A stretch of 48,374 bases of DNA, counting the filler, from Sphacelaria rigidula (lineage: Eukaryota): the NCBI GenBank assembly GCA_964200075.2. It is 2 parts of 2 records of this genome, joined end to end, with 100 filler letters (N's around TTAATTAATTAA, not from the genome) between each part and the next. Parts side by side here need not be neighbours in the genome. Positions count along the whole stretch, not along the records: positions 1 to 24,142 come from CAXNAA020000221.1; 1 more part is not named here. One strand, 5' to 3'. The translations under genes and the position numbers were made by a program. Below, piece by piece: positions 12,901 through 24,242 of this stretch (position 1 is its first letter; each line of letters opens with the position of its first letter). Under the pieces are notes generated by a model, which was given only the letters and a program-made list of their open reading frames with translations, had not been told where the DNA came from and ran no database searches.

Positions 12901-13442
12901 TGGAGTACGGCAGAATTTACACCGGCAGATACGCCTGCACCCGTCCTATATTTTGAGTTCGGTGAAACTCCGGTGACGTGCGCCGCAAGTGCTGAAGGAA
13001 TGAAAACCACATCGCACGCATGCTTGTCGGCATCAAATCAAGATATCGCACTCACGTAGTGTTCACAACTCGCCACCCGTGTGGCATTGGTGAACCCTAC
13101 CGAGATGTACGTAAAAGCGTCTTGTCGGGTGTGAGGGTTCAAGGTTATATGGCCATTCCGCACCGCACGCCAGCGACATCACGGCGTCGCACAAAACCGA
13201 CTCGGTCGCACCACCAGAGTACAGTGATCACAATGCGGCACGCAACACAGCAAACCAGGAGCAAAATCGCGCGAATGTTCCTTTATTCCTTGTATGTACT
13301 CTTGGTTTCACGGATCAGGACCAGCAGTTTTCGACGAAGCTTTCATCACCCTCAAGGTACCCTGCCTCCCTCTCTCCTGTCGTGAAGGAAACCAATGGTT
13401 CGGCAGAAGAGAGCAACATATTTCCACAACCTTTCGTCGCAC

Positions 13443-13525
13443 CTGTTCGGGCTCTGTACGAGCCTCTTCAGCTTATGTACTCGTTTCTCGTGGGAAGAGG
13501 TCGGGTGCAACAAGTCAGCCGGCAT
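13443..13525 (-). CDS. RPS27: 40S ribosomal protein S27, exon 1 (MPADLLHPTSSHEKRVHKLKRLVQSPN-S)
   Basis: Conserved DLLHP....EK..HKLKRLVQSPNS. ATG at 13525, donor GTGCG at 13442. Spliced product is 82 aa; introns are 3537 and 342 bp. Confidence 0.97.
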
Positions 13526-14354
13526 GGTGTCTGCTTCTGGCTCTCGCGGGGGGGAGTGCTGCTACTGCTGGCTGCTGCTTATGCTACTCTGCTGCCTTCC
13601 CAGCCCTCAAACTCAGAAAAGTACCGCATTTTGCAATGGTCTTAGTACAGTCTGTAATTTTGTTTGTTATTTTCCCCCACGCCTCCCACTATGCTATCCG
13701 CAGTCACTAGTGCCAGTCATCGATAGACGACAAAATCAACGTAATGCATCTGTGGAGATATGTATCGGATTAACGAAATCAGTATGATAAAAATCATCGT
13801 ATACACGATTTTTTTCGAGGATAAGGTTAAGTTCAAGGAGAGGATACAGATGGTATCGTGCGTTTCAAGAATCGAGAAATGAAGGAGCGGTCGACTCTGT
13901 GAGGTGTACTTAACTGCCCGCAACCGAAAAAAAAACATGTACCCTTGCTGTACGTAGTTGTGTTCCCTTTTGAAGTTGGAGTATGACCATCTGTCACTGC
14001 TACTAATCAGAACTGTGTCAATTTAGAATTCCAATTCGTGGGTTCTGGGTTTTGTGAATCCCGGGACTGGGTGCTCTCTCAGGTTTGTCGTTTGTGCGCG
14101 CTCCTGCCCTACACTACCAGGTGTTACCAATCGGGAATACTCGTTGTGGGAATAATTGTAGTGCGTCGCTCACTCCGACGTATCCTGTCGCTAAAACCTG
14201 CTCAAGCAACCAATATAGCAACGCCGACCGGTGATCCGGGGTTGTGTTCCTTCTCATAACCGATAATCAGTCGGCGTGACCGCAAACAGCTCTCGGGGGA
14301 AGAGGGTTAGAGACTACGGTGAAGGCTGGCTAGGGGAGACTATAAAGGGCGAAG

Positions 14355-14405
14355 ATGAGTGCTTCAATGGACCAGTTGCTCCAGGAGGAGTCCTTCACGG
14401 AGCAG
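14355..14405 (+). CDS. Candidate first coding exon of a + strand gene, possibly HMGR (MSASMDQLLQEESFTEQ)
   Basis: aagATG context and good donor CAG|GTCAGT, divergent from RPS27. Its phase does not directly match the 18700 exon, so an intervening exon would be needed. Confidence 0.25.
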
Positions 14406-15545
14406 GTCAGTTTTCGCTTCGAGGGGGGTTCTGGTGTGTGATGTTTCCGGAGCCAGCTTTGCTACAGAAGAGTTTTTTGGCCGTCTGCGGCGACGAGCGA
14501 CATGTGATACACGTGCATGCCTCGGCCACTCGCATCGGCACACCACGACCCGGTAACAACCGATAATATTGCCGCCGGATGGTTCAGCTATTCTCAAGTT
14601 GCAACCTTGCTGACTTACGCTACGTCATTGTTTCTCCTTCTGTTACCCCCTGCGTTGCTAGCAGTCCGTCATCTTGGTTAAAACAGGAGGGAAACTGGGC
14701 AGTCCACGAGTAGCGCAAAGATAATTTGCGGTGCGATCATATCTACTGTGTGAATGAATTGCTATACTGTACTGTACTGTATTTTTTTGTCAACGGCAAC
14801 CCGCTCGACGAGCGTCCGCAAATGTGTGACGTGATCAACCCTCCAAATGGAACTCATGGAGCTTGTTGTGCAGCTGCGTGACCCAAGAGTGACTTGTATC
14901 GTGCTTGAGGTTGCCAACCATGTTCAATTTTCTTCAGTCGCGTTGCTAAAGTACGTGCGTTGCACAGACGCCTGAGACCCGTATCCAGGGCTGTGCAGTT
15001 TCCTGTTTGATTGACGTGCACGCACAGGGAGTGGTCGAAACTGGCGTGTGCATGGAGGGGGTTGCTTTTGAAAGAACCGAGAACACAACTGGCCAATGCA
15101 GTGCAGTTGTGCAGTCCCTGCTACGGTGTGTGCCACTCGCCACCTTCTACTTCTCTGTGCTGTAGTATAGTGCCACTGTCTTCTCGTGTCGACAAGCCAT
15201 TGGTGACTTCTAATCACATCTCGAGGTGATGCCGGTAGCCCCTCCCAATCCTACCGGAAGAGGAAGTCCGGATGTCACCGAGTAGAACTCTTCGTTTTCC
15301 CACTCATACCCGTACGCTCTCCATGGTACACAGTGCAGCCATCACAGTAGTGCTGCCGCGCTCCCCGAAACAATTATCCCACTCCAATTTCTGTACTTCA
15401 AGTGCGACTTTCAAAACCCCCCACGATTGACTATACCCTACTCGACCCGCCCTTGGACAATTACTTCATACTACTGAAGAGTGAAAATCCCTGAAGATGA
15501 TGGGTGCTGTTTCCGGTTTGTTGGGCCCTTCCCCCGCTTACCCCC

Positions 15546-15546
<1 letters not shown>

Positions 15547-15581
<35 letters not shown>
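15547..15581 (+). repeat. 35-nt poly(C) homopolymer
   Basis: Seen directly in the sequence. Confidence 0.95.
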
Positions 15582-15592
15582 ACCCCCTGACC

Positions 15593-16201
15593 ATGCAGGC
15601 CTTGCGTGAGGGAGCTCGGTTCTTGATTTCAAACGCCTCGGTGCTGAGCGCTGCCGCGCTTGCGTTCGTGTTTTTCGCGACGATGACGCGTATGGTTTCA
15701 GGCAGCGAGGAGGAAAGGTGCGTCAGGCAACCAAGTAGAGAGCAGTGCATCATGTATCTTGTCGGCCCCTCGTTTGCGTACTCGATGATGGCGTTTCTCG
15801 ATCAAAATCCTGAAGTTTACGATGCCGCGGCGCATGAATCCGTTTATCATCTCAAGAAATGGGTCCCATTTTTTCACCAGGATTTGAACAAAGCGTGTGC
15901 GCATCGCCTGCGCAGATTGGAGGGCTATTTGCGGTTTTCCTCAAAACAAGTACTTCCGCCGAATTTTTGTTGCCGGAGCGTAAGAGAAATTTGGGATGAT
16001 TTTTCGCCGAGTGAAAAACTGCAACTCATATTCAGATTATTTTTCGGCGTAAGCCTTACAATTTCGCCTCAGGCGACCCCCATGCTGGCAGCGCCATGCG
16101 GGGAGGTGTATATCGCTTCCGGCTCTTGTGCTAGTGCAGACGGTGCCCTTCGGCCTGTGTTTAATCCTGGTTTCCACGAATGGGTACTCGTCAATATATG
16201 A
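15593..16201 (+). CDS. Intronless orphan ORF (202 aa from MQALREG), one N-terminal hydrophobic stretch, probably foreign or TE-derived
   Basis: Long open frame with protein-like composition. A coding-like frameshifted continuation follows (YEERYRRLRVVEIENKPGIEGFRRKVK) to ~16400. No family confidently recognised. Confidence 0.35.
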   Translation: MQALREGARFLISNASVLSAAALAFVFFATMTRMVSGSEEERCVRQPSREQCIMYLVGPSFAYSMMAFLDQNPEVYDAAAHESVYHLKKWVPFFHQDLNKACAHRLRRLEGYLRFSSKQVLPPNFCCRSVREIWDDFSPSEKLQLIFRLFFGVSLTISPQATPMLAAPCGEVYIASGSCASADGALRPVFNPGFHEWVLVNI

Positions 16202-16559
16202 AGAACGATACCGGCGTCTCAGGGTAGTCGAAATTGAAAATAAACCGGGAATTGAGGGGTTTCGGCGAAAGGTGAAAAATTTATATAGGTTCGCTTGATT
16301 TTTGACCAACCTCGGGCACGTAGATATGGACAAAATATTTTCTTGTTGCGCCCTTCTCCCACGCAAAGACCCCCCCAAATACTCTCTGAGCAAAAGACGT
16401 GGAGAAAACCAATAATGGTGATGGAAAAGCAAGAAAAAGCAACACTAGAGAATCACAAAGCAAAGTAAACCTACTGTCACAGGAGACCAGGATCTAGCCT
16501 TCGGATATCCGGGACTCGTGTATTACACTTTCGATATAAGATTTTGAGTGAACGCGGTT

Positions 16560-18350
16560 CATCTCGAAACGACGCATTACCCCACCTTGAACAGCCGATG
16601 ACCGATTACTTTTTTCGTCCACCTGTCTCTCGCGATCTCGTCGATACTTTCGTATAAAGTGCCTTTCCCGAACTCTGGAAGCTCATAACGCCGAGCAAAA
16701 GCAACATTTGCTGCCGAATTGATTTCCTCAAAGTTGAGGTATTGCGCTGATTTCCCTCAGGACTGCGGGCGTGCAGAATTGATGGAATCTATCCGAAGAA
16801 GTATTCGCGCGAGCTCGAGAAAAAACGTCATTGGCCACGATAGGTTCGAACTTACGGAGGGCGCCGTTTCGGATTTGAGCAGGCCTCGTTTTTTTGCCCA
16901 AATCCTCAGGCAAACTCCTTCAAATCTAAGTACAAGTTGCCCTCATCAATTATTAACGTGTCGCGACTGTGCATTTTGCAATGATGGTGGAGAATTCTGG
17001 TGTTGATGTTGGGTGACAAGGCGATGATGTGGACTTTTTTCGAACGTGCGTGCGAGTTTATGTTCATTTCATGAGAGCGCATTGGCGCTGCAGCGTTGTC
17101 ACCCCCGATGAATTTAACAGTTGGAAAGGATGACGAGACAGGGCAGTATGTGCAACGCGTTCAACGTAAGCGCAGGTCCCATGACAAGTATCTTCTTCAG
17201 CAGCACTTTGATGGAATCCCGCAACATGCTTTTGATTAATCTAGGCGTGCAGATATCTTCGAGAAAACGATTGAATCAACGACGAGCGATTTTGAGTGCG
17301 CCGTCTGTGTTACCCACATCGCTCACCGCACACATGGCGGGACGGCGCATGAGATGCAACAAGACTTGTACCAAACGAAGTAGCACGGGTATACGACCAG
17401 CATTTATTGATCTCATGCATGACCTGTGAGTTTGCATGGCCCCGTAGAGTTCAAGTCTTTTCGTCCCTTGAAAAATCTATGGTTGGCAATTCCAAGTATC
17501 GGATGAATTAATGATTCTTCCGGAAATTTCTCTCGATTTTAGTGTGATTGATTCGTACGTTACGAATCAATCCTCCCGCTTTGTTTTTAGCTTTGCAACC
17601 CAGGTTCGCGCAGCCCAGACACGTGGAATGGGGCAAAATATGCGGGGAGACCTCTTTACGAGCGGTCGACTTCTTTCTCTTTTTCGATCAATCAGGCCTA
17701 TTAAATCGTTGATTTGGTGATGCCAACCGGCGATGATTCGTCCGAACCGTGGACAAATCCCTGTTTCATGGTGGAGATGACGTGCCTTCGGATCTACAGA
17801 GGACGAACTGATGGTTGAAAGTTGCGAGGCCTCACCAGCGGGGCATTTCTGGTGGACGAACACTGTCGAATGAGGGTAGAACAGGCTACTTTTTGCCCTT
17901 GTCAGTGCGGATTAAACGTGGTGTCTTGAGCTCCTATCTGACACCGGCCAAGCTTGGCCTATTCACGTATCGTGCGCTCACCAGCTGTTGCTCAGCATCT
18001 CGTCGTTAGCGCTGTTCTTTGTCCCGTGCTTGCAATCAGAATTGTGGCCCGATCACGCGTCGCGCACATTTTTCGTTAGTTTTCCACGCTACAGCAGTAC
18101 CCCCATGTATAACATGTTACCCCTCACTGAGGCCCGATGCTCACACAAGGAGTGTTCCCAAAAAGATACACCTTGTACAGGTCCACTTACTACACCGGGT
18201 ATCTCCGAGTTTCTGGTCGGTGAGAAATCCCGATATTATACCACGTTTCGAAAATATTTTCAGGCATCGACGCAGCTCATGTATCGTGATAGCATCGATG
18301 GTTGCGCGTTCAGGCGCCAGTCGGGACATGACATTGTTCAGATTTGGATC
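16560..18350 (-). pseudogene. Putative endogenous RNA-virus element: decayed alphavirus-supergroup (Martellivirales-like) RdRp
   Basis: Motif-like segments in the expected order across frameshifts: KARHL..GICPRFG (F region, ~17790-17742), RATSFGTS (A-like, ~17387-17364), MGPALTL-NALHILPCL (B-like, ~17183-17135), KFIGGDN (C-like, ~17115-17095), LYLDLKEFA*GFGQK (cf. YYDPLKLISKLGAK), ANVAFARRY (cf. AV.ERY). Confidence 0.5.
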
Positions 18351-18699
18351 ATGACCAATGGATGATAACTTTGCGTTGTATCTTGCATGCGGTGACGGCG
18401 AACCGGCGATATCGGCGCAATTACCTGACGATACTAGCGATATCGGCGTCAGTTCGATACGTGGATGGTATCGGTGGCAATACACACCCTCAACGTCTGA
18501 GATATCGACCGAACAAGAATGATGATCATTTCAGAGCGCCTAAAATCACCACCTGAAGAACTGAGCTGACTCCCGTACCCGCTTCCACCGTGACCTTACG
18601 TGGGATAATGGACCTCTTTTTGTCTTGTGCACATCTTGAAAAGTCTCCTCCATCTGAGAAGAACGAAATCTCGATGTTTTGATGTTATGGCATTGGCAG

Positions 18700-18876
18700 G
18701 CCTGCGGTCAAGCGAGGAAAGGAGGAGCCGAGGCCTCGGTGGGAGGTGCTGCGTGTGCTGAACTATCTAGTGATCGCGCTGTTTGTGTGCTCCATCACGT
18801 ATGTGGTTTTTAACTACCGCACCATGAGTCACGCCGCCAGCGGAAACGCCGGGCTCTTCCCGATCCTTCTCATATG
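18700..18876 (+). CDS. HMGR: HMG-CoA reductase, exon with first TM helix (..WEVLRVLNYLVIALFVCSITYVVF..LFPILLI-W)
   Basis: Acceptor ggcag, donor TG|GTGAGT. Phase joins the next exon to give IW-FGCMAYFFGFFGISFL. An upstream exon is required because an in-frame stop precedes it. Confidence 0.85.
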
Positions 18877-19635
18877 GTGAGTGTTTTTTTGTTTTTCTCG
18901 TGTGTGTCGGAAACACCGGTATTGCTCTCGCACCTTGTGCGCAACATGAGACGCATACTTTTTATGTCGGTCTGTTTTTCTGATGCTTGTCATGTCATGC
19001 TCTGTCGGGGGGAGATTCGCTTTATCAATAGAAAACAATGCCGATGCTGATGACACAAGATTTGGAATACGCGCATTTTTTTTCGGTCCTTGCCACTTGT
19101 TAGTTTTTCCCGCCATTTCAAATTCAAAACGTTGTTGTCGTCGTTGTCGTTGCAATTTCTGGAGTCGAACACAAGACATAAAACGCGTCCAATCAATCAC
19201 TCATCTTCGCGCATTACTTTAGGCGGTCCTCCATCAACGCCAGTTGGCTGATGGGCTGGAAACGATATATCTCCACAACTCCGTATCACACGGAAGTCCG
19301 CCAGGCGCCCGGTAATCATTCTCTACAAGTCTCTTACAGCATATTGGTACGTGGTCATCGGGCACCAGCCCCATCAGGCCTGAGCGTTGGGGTCGTGAAC
19401 ACCCCCCAAAGCCGAAAGGCAACCGCTTCCCGCAGAGGCCTATAGGTTATGACAACCCGCATAGGCGAAACGTGACACTGCTAAGGTATGTGCATTCCTC
19501 ACACTCAAGCATTCCTCCTCTATCACTTCACATTGCCCGCTCGCTTACTCACACAATACATGAGTACAGCACCAAGACACCGCGTACGATTGCGAATAAA
19601 ATTAATAACAAGGAAAGATTCGGTCTCCGTTTCAG

Positions 19636-20002
19636 GTTCGGATGCATGGCGTATTTCTTCGGGTTCTTCGGCATCTCGTTCCTCGACACGAACGCCATGG
19701 CACGCAGCCCGTCGTCTTTCGGCCTCTCTCATCTAGACCAGCAGCTGTATGCCCCTCGTGACGACACTAGCGCCAAAGCAGCGTCGGGGGTGGGCGGCTA
19801 TAATCTTCAAGTCGCTGCGCCGAACGCAATGTGCGCCAAAGAGACCCCCTCTGTCGCTGGGGCGGCGCAGGCTGCGGCCGCAGGTAACTCCGGCAGCATC
19901 GGCGGCGGCGATGGTAGTAGCGTTAAGGGTGCGAGCCAGATTGTGTCATCGCTAGGGCCCATTCCGGAGGGAGAGGAGTACTCGAGCATGACGGATGATG
20001 AG
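19636..20002 (+). CDS. HMGR: HMG-CoA reductase, exon with second TM helix and linker
   Basis: YFFGFFGISF resembles the plant HMGR TM2 motif YLLGFFGIDF. Ends MTDDE|gtgggt. Acceptor gtttcag. Confidence 0.9.
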
Positions 20003-20154
20003 GTGGGTTTGTCCGTTTGGTTGGTCTATTGCGTCGAAGTTTGGTCTTCTCGCGACTTGTGGTGATCGCGGGACGGATCGGACGGTCTGTGCGACGGTTG
20101 TCTCTATTTGACGTGATGAGGCTAATCGATCGGTGTATTGGAGTGTTGTGTCTA

Positions 20155-20196
20155 TCCGTGGTGATCCCCGACGTGTCCGTGGTGATCCCCGACGTG
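20155..20196 (+). repeat. 21-bp tandem duplication (tccgtggtgatccccgacgtg x2) in HMGR intron
   Basis: Two identical adjacent units. Confidence 0.9.
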
Positions 20197-20548
20197 AATT
20201 GGTCGGTCTATTCAATTGTCGTCTAAATTCGTGATCGTGAGGTTGACTGTTGGAGTGTTGTATGTACTTGTAATGATGACGAGGAAGGTGGAGGGGTCGG
20301 GGATTTGATTAGTATTGCATCTTGAATCTCACATACGGGCTAAGTCATGAAATGACTCACACACTAATAGCCCTAGGCGAAGGAACAAGTCTTGGGTATA
20401 ATAAATTGTTTTGTAGTGCTCATGTGCTGGTACTGAAACTCAAGTGTCGGAAAATGCAAGAAGAGCACGTGCTGGAAAAATGTAACCACCGTGTCGGAAC
20501 CATTCCCCGTAATAATCAGCCGCTTACTGTTGTGATGGGGTCGACCAG

Positions 20549-20689
20549 GTGGCAGCGTGTGTGGCATCGGGCAAGCTGAAGGATCACCAGCTGGAGAAGA
20601 AGCTTGGCGACTGCGCGCGTGCAGTGACAGTCCGACGGTCGCTGTTCGAGAGACGCATCGGACGGTCCATGGAGAATCTCCCTAAGGAG
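20549..20689 (+). CDS. HMGR: HMG-CoA reductase exon (VAACVASGKLKDHQLEKKLGDCARAVTVRR..LPKE)
   Basis: Conserved LE..LGD..RAV..RR. cag acceptor, GTGAGA donor, 47 codons. Confidence 0.95.
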
Positions 20690-20968
20690 GTGAGAAACGT
20701 AGAAAGCGTGATACAGTGCCCCCCTCTCCCCCTCTGCAATGAAAATCAAGAGAAATGTCGTACTCGTGCTCGCACTCACTATGTACATGTGTACATCGCG
20801 TTCATTAGGACACGCGTGTACACCGCATTCGTAACCCTAACGAAATGTATGCCGAGCAACGAAACCGAATCGTACTCGCTCTCACTATGTACATGTGCTT
20901 CTAGAATTAACTATTCGTATGTTTGTTTTATCCACTTGTGTATGGGTTATGTCGATTGGTGATAAAAG

Positions 20969-21100
20969 GGCATGGACTACGAGCGAATCTTGGGAGCGAA
21001 CTGCGAGATCGTGTGCGGGTACGTCCCTATCCCGGTGGGCGTTGTAGGGCCCCTGTTGCTGAACGGGCAAGAAGTTTTCGTGCCCATGGCCACCACAGAG
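20969..21100 (+). CDS. HMGR: HMG-CoA reductase exon ([36 protein letters not shown])
   Basis: CE..GY..IPVG and PMATTE(G) HMG-CoA-binding motifs. aag acceptor, GTGAGA donor. Confidence 0.98.
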
Positions 21101-21815
21101 GTGAGAAACGAGAAGATGGACGGTTCGGAATCCTCGAGTAATATACGAGTAATACGTGCCGATGATCCCTCATCGCGGAAGGTATACAAGATACAAGGTT
21201 CTTCTGGCAACAGGGGGTGCTTGCCTTGGTCCAACCGCGAGCGACCAAAGTATATAGCTGCTAGGGCCGCGGGTCTTGGTTGGGTCTGGGTCCAATTCAG
21301 CGTGACATGATGAAGAGGTTGCAAAGTGAACAAATGAATACGACGTGAGAAAGTACTGTGTGGAGCTCCTCGCTGCAGGAACGTCCCCCCTCCCCCCTGG
21401 TGAGACATCCATGTGGCACTGCAACCCGTGGCTGTCTCAGAAAGTGGCGATCCCATGAAAAGAAGCAACTTTTGATTGCACGCTTGGTGCGGCAAAAACG
21501 AGGCGTGCTTCATCCTGGCTTTTGTAGGGACGCGAGGTCAACGGTCTCCTTGATTATGGCATACTAGGTCATGGATGTATCCTTCCACTAGAAGGGTGAT
21601 GTTTTTTTTTGCGTGGTTGCCCGGTCATCAACTATATCTCCACCACCGTTCTGCGTCGAATGAGCAATGCGATGGTTGAGGAAACGACCCCCGCGCGAGA
21701 TGCTGTTGAACTGCTGCTGCAGGAAAATGTTTTACACGATGTTCTGTGTGCATTCAAATATTCCAAGGTGTGCTGTATATTCGCATGTGCACGCATCTTT
21801 TATTCGCGTGTATAG

Positions 21816-22154
21816 GGCTGTCTAGTGGCGAGCACAAACAGAGGCTGCAAGGCCATCACTCAGGCGGGCGGTTGCCGAGCTGCCCTGCTCAAGGACGGAA
21901 TCACACGCGCGCCGTGCTTGAGGATGCCGGACGCGATGGCCGCGGCGGCACTGAAGAAGTGGTGCGAGGCGCCCGAGAACTTTGACCTCGTCCGCGACGC
22001 CTTCCAATCCACGACCAAGTTCGGCAAGCTGAAGGCGATCAAGGCTGCCGTGGCCGGGCGCAACGTATACCTGCGGTTCGTTTGCTTCGCGGGGGATGCC
22101 ATGGGGATGAACATGGTTTCGAAGGGGGTGCTCGCTGTGGTCGACCGTCTTCAG
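21816..22154 (+). CDS. HMGR: HMG-CoA reductase exon (GCLVASTNRGCKAI..TRAP..GDAMGMNMVSKG..RLQ)
   Basis: TTEGCLVA and DAMGMNM (NADPH-binding) motifs. Followed by the non-canonical donor GCAAGT. Confidence 0.98.
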
Positions 22155-23167
22155 GCAAGTTTTTTTTTCATGTTTTTGGCGGTCGCCATCCGTGCTGTTG
22201 TGTTTCGATTGGTAGTTCTACATGAGAGTGCTGTCCCGTACCGAGGGCTCTTGCTGATGCCATCCCAAAGGTACATCGGTACAGAGCGTACCCGTTTGAC
22301 AACCGATGGGACACGGGAGTGGTGATTCGCTGCTACATGGTTCTCTGATATGGAACCGTAGCAACTTTTTCATACCCCTCTACTTGCGGGAGCATTTTTG
22401 CCGGATCTATTTTACCTCTTGACTGAGAGAGAAAGCGGCGGCACTTGAACTTTTTCGAAGCGCACTGTTTGCGTGGAAAGCGCCGACCTTGCCTATCGTT
22501 GATCATTAGCCTGAGCTTTCAAAATGCTTCGTACAAGGTGTGTCAGTTTTGTCTGGGGTAAGTTTATCATGTGACCACGGCTGGATCATGACTCCTGGGG
22601 GTCAGTTAAAGTGCGACGATCAATCAATCATCATCAATCGGATACTACATACACCGCACGCCGTATACCCAACTTTTGATCATATTTTTCATGAAAAATC
22701 CCGGACGAGGAGTAGTCGGAAAACGATATCCAAACTGAATCGTTTAACCGTGGTCCAGTGTACCTGGGTACGCGTGTACTGTTGCATCACTGTGTTGAGT
22801 GTCTTAGTTTTTTGCGGACGGCTGCGACTACAACAGAGATCCCAAGCTCCTTGTTGGAGGTTCGAGGACAGAGCGGCGCCATGTCTTCACGCACAAAATC
22901 GACACTGGATATTCGACCGTCCCGGGTGCTATATCGTGTCTGGTACCCGACCTCGGGCCAAACGTGCTCATGAACAATGCATCATTCCACCTGCGAAAAC
23001 AATGAATTGTGTTTCTCCGATTTTCCCCCCTGAAGTTCGCGACTGTTGCTTTTTTCTGTCATGCGTTGTGCAGCTAGAGGTGGCCCTGCACTCCCAACAA
23101 GAGCAAACAGTTGACCAAGCTATTTGCTTTTTTCTCTTGAATAACTCAAAATGGTTAAATAACTCAG

Positions 23168-23329
23168 GAGGAATTCCCTGACATGGAGTTGGTGGCAATC
23201 TCGGGCAACATGTGCACTGACAAGAAGTCAGCGGCGATAAACTGGATTGAGGGACGCGGAAAGTCCATCGTGTGCGAGGCGCGCATTCCCGCGAAGTACG
23301 TCGAGAGCACGCTCAAGACGACTGTTAAG
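23168..23329 (+). CDS. HMGR: HMG-CoA reductase exon ([39 protein letters not shown]); later exons absent (contig end)
   Basis: Class I SGN.CTDKK cis-loop motif and NWIEGRGKS. Donor GTACGG. The C-terminal motifs (TGQD, GTVGGGT) are not found in the window. Confidence 0.97.
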
Positions 23330-23639
23330 GTACGGCGCTCTCTGAGTACGGGTACAATGAAGGCATATCATTTCCTCTCAGGTCGGACGGAAACCAAGAA
23401 ATGGCGAGAATGGTCACCTGCTGCTGATTCGTCCCGTCGGTCCGAGTGGTACGGTACACCACTAGCTGGTTAGGATGGAGTGTTCCTACTACGAATCGCG
23501 ATACATACCCGGTGTTTTTGAGCACGGTTTGTTTTCCGCCATCGGAGACATGGGGGTGTCAGGAACACGGGACATACTCATGGGGGGAACAAGTTGCGTT
23601 TCACAAGCTTAGCCGTGGCTGCCATACTAGTTTCCAACG

Positions 23640-24142
23640 TCAACACATGGGAGCGATCCGTCCATTTTTTGCCTTTCCCCTCAACCCTCTTGGGACTAAA
23701 GCTCACTAACACCATGTTCACCATGTGTTTGTAAAATAATACTGAACCAGTCTGAGAGCGACTGTCCAACCAGCGCGAGGCGAAATTTATCGACTATATC
23801 AGAACGACCAGTGGGGGGGGCTGTCGCCGGGAGTGATATCACTGCAAAGTTGGTGTACCCTGTCCCTGGCCCACAAAAAAGCCTTGGAAGCAAAAGAAAG
23901 CCTACGTTGTCGGGGCTTGGATTCCCGATTTTTTCATCATTTACTTGCATTCTATGTAGGCCCGACGTCCCGCCCCCCGATTTTTTTGGGTCACCATCCT
24001 ATAGTGAACCCTAGTTGTCAACGCTAACAAGTAGTTCTCGGGGGAAATTCGGGAATAAATGTACCCTACTATATATGTGGTCATGTTCACAAGGCGACTG
24101 AATCTGGCAACGCTGTGGGATGAGAGACGGAGCTACAGGCAT
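23640..24142. repeat. Dispersed ~500-bp repeat, copy 2, running into the gap
   Basis: Reverse-complement match to 78-560. Confidence 0.8.
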
Positions 24143-24242
24143 NNNNNNNNNNNNNNNNNNNNNNNNNNNNNNNNNNNNNNNNNNNNTTAATTAATTAANN
24201 NNNNNNNNNNNNNNNNNNNNNNNNNNNNNNNNNNNNNNNNNN
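24143..24242. other. Artificial contig linker N44-TTAATTAATTAA-N44
   Basis: Exactly 100 bp with a central 12-mer giving stop codons in all six frames, a standard pseudomolecule spacer. Confidence 0.97.

Noticed and set aside
12950-13400. 5' LTR of the Gypsy element
   Set aside because: No matching direct repeat was found near 5500-6990, and no PBS was recognised.
15547-15581. Poly(C) as the endornavirus 3' C-rich terminus
   Set aside because: Wrong strand: the RdRp-sense strand would read poly(G) here.
24187-24198. TTAATTAATTAA palindrome between N runs
   Set aside because: Artificial six-frame-stop linker, not biological. Contiguity and distance across it are unknown, so the HMGR truncation is an assembly effect, not evidence of a pseudogene.
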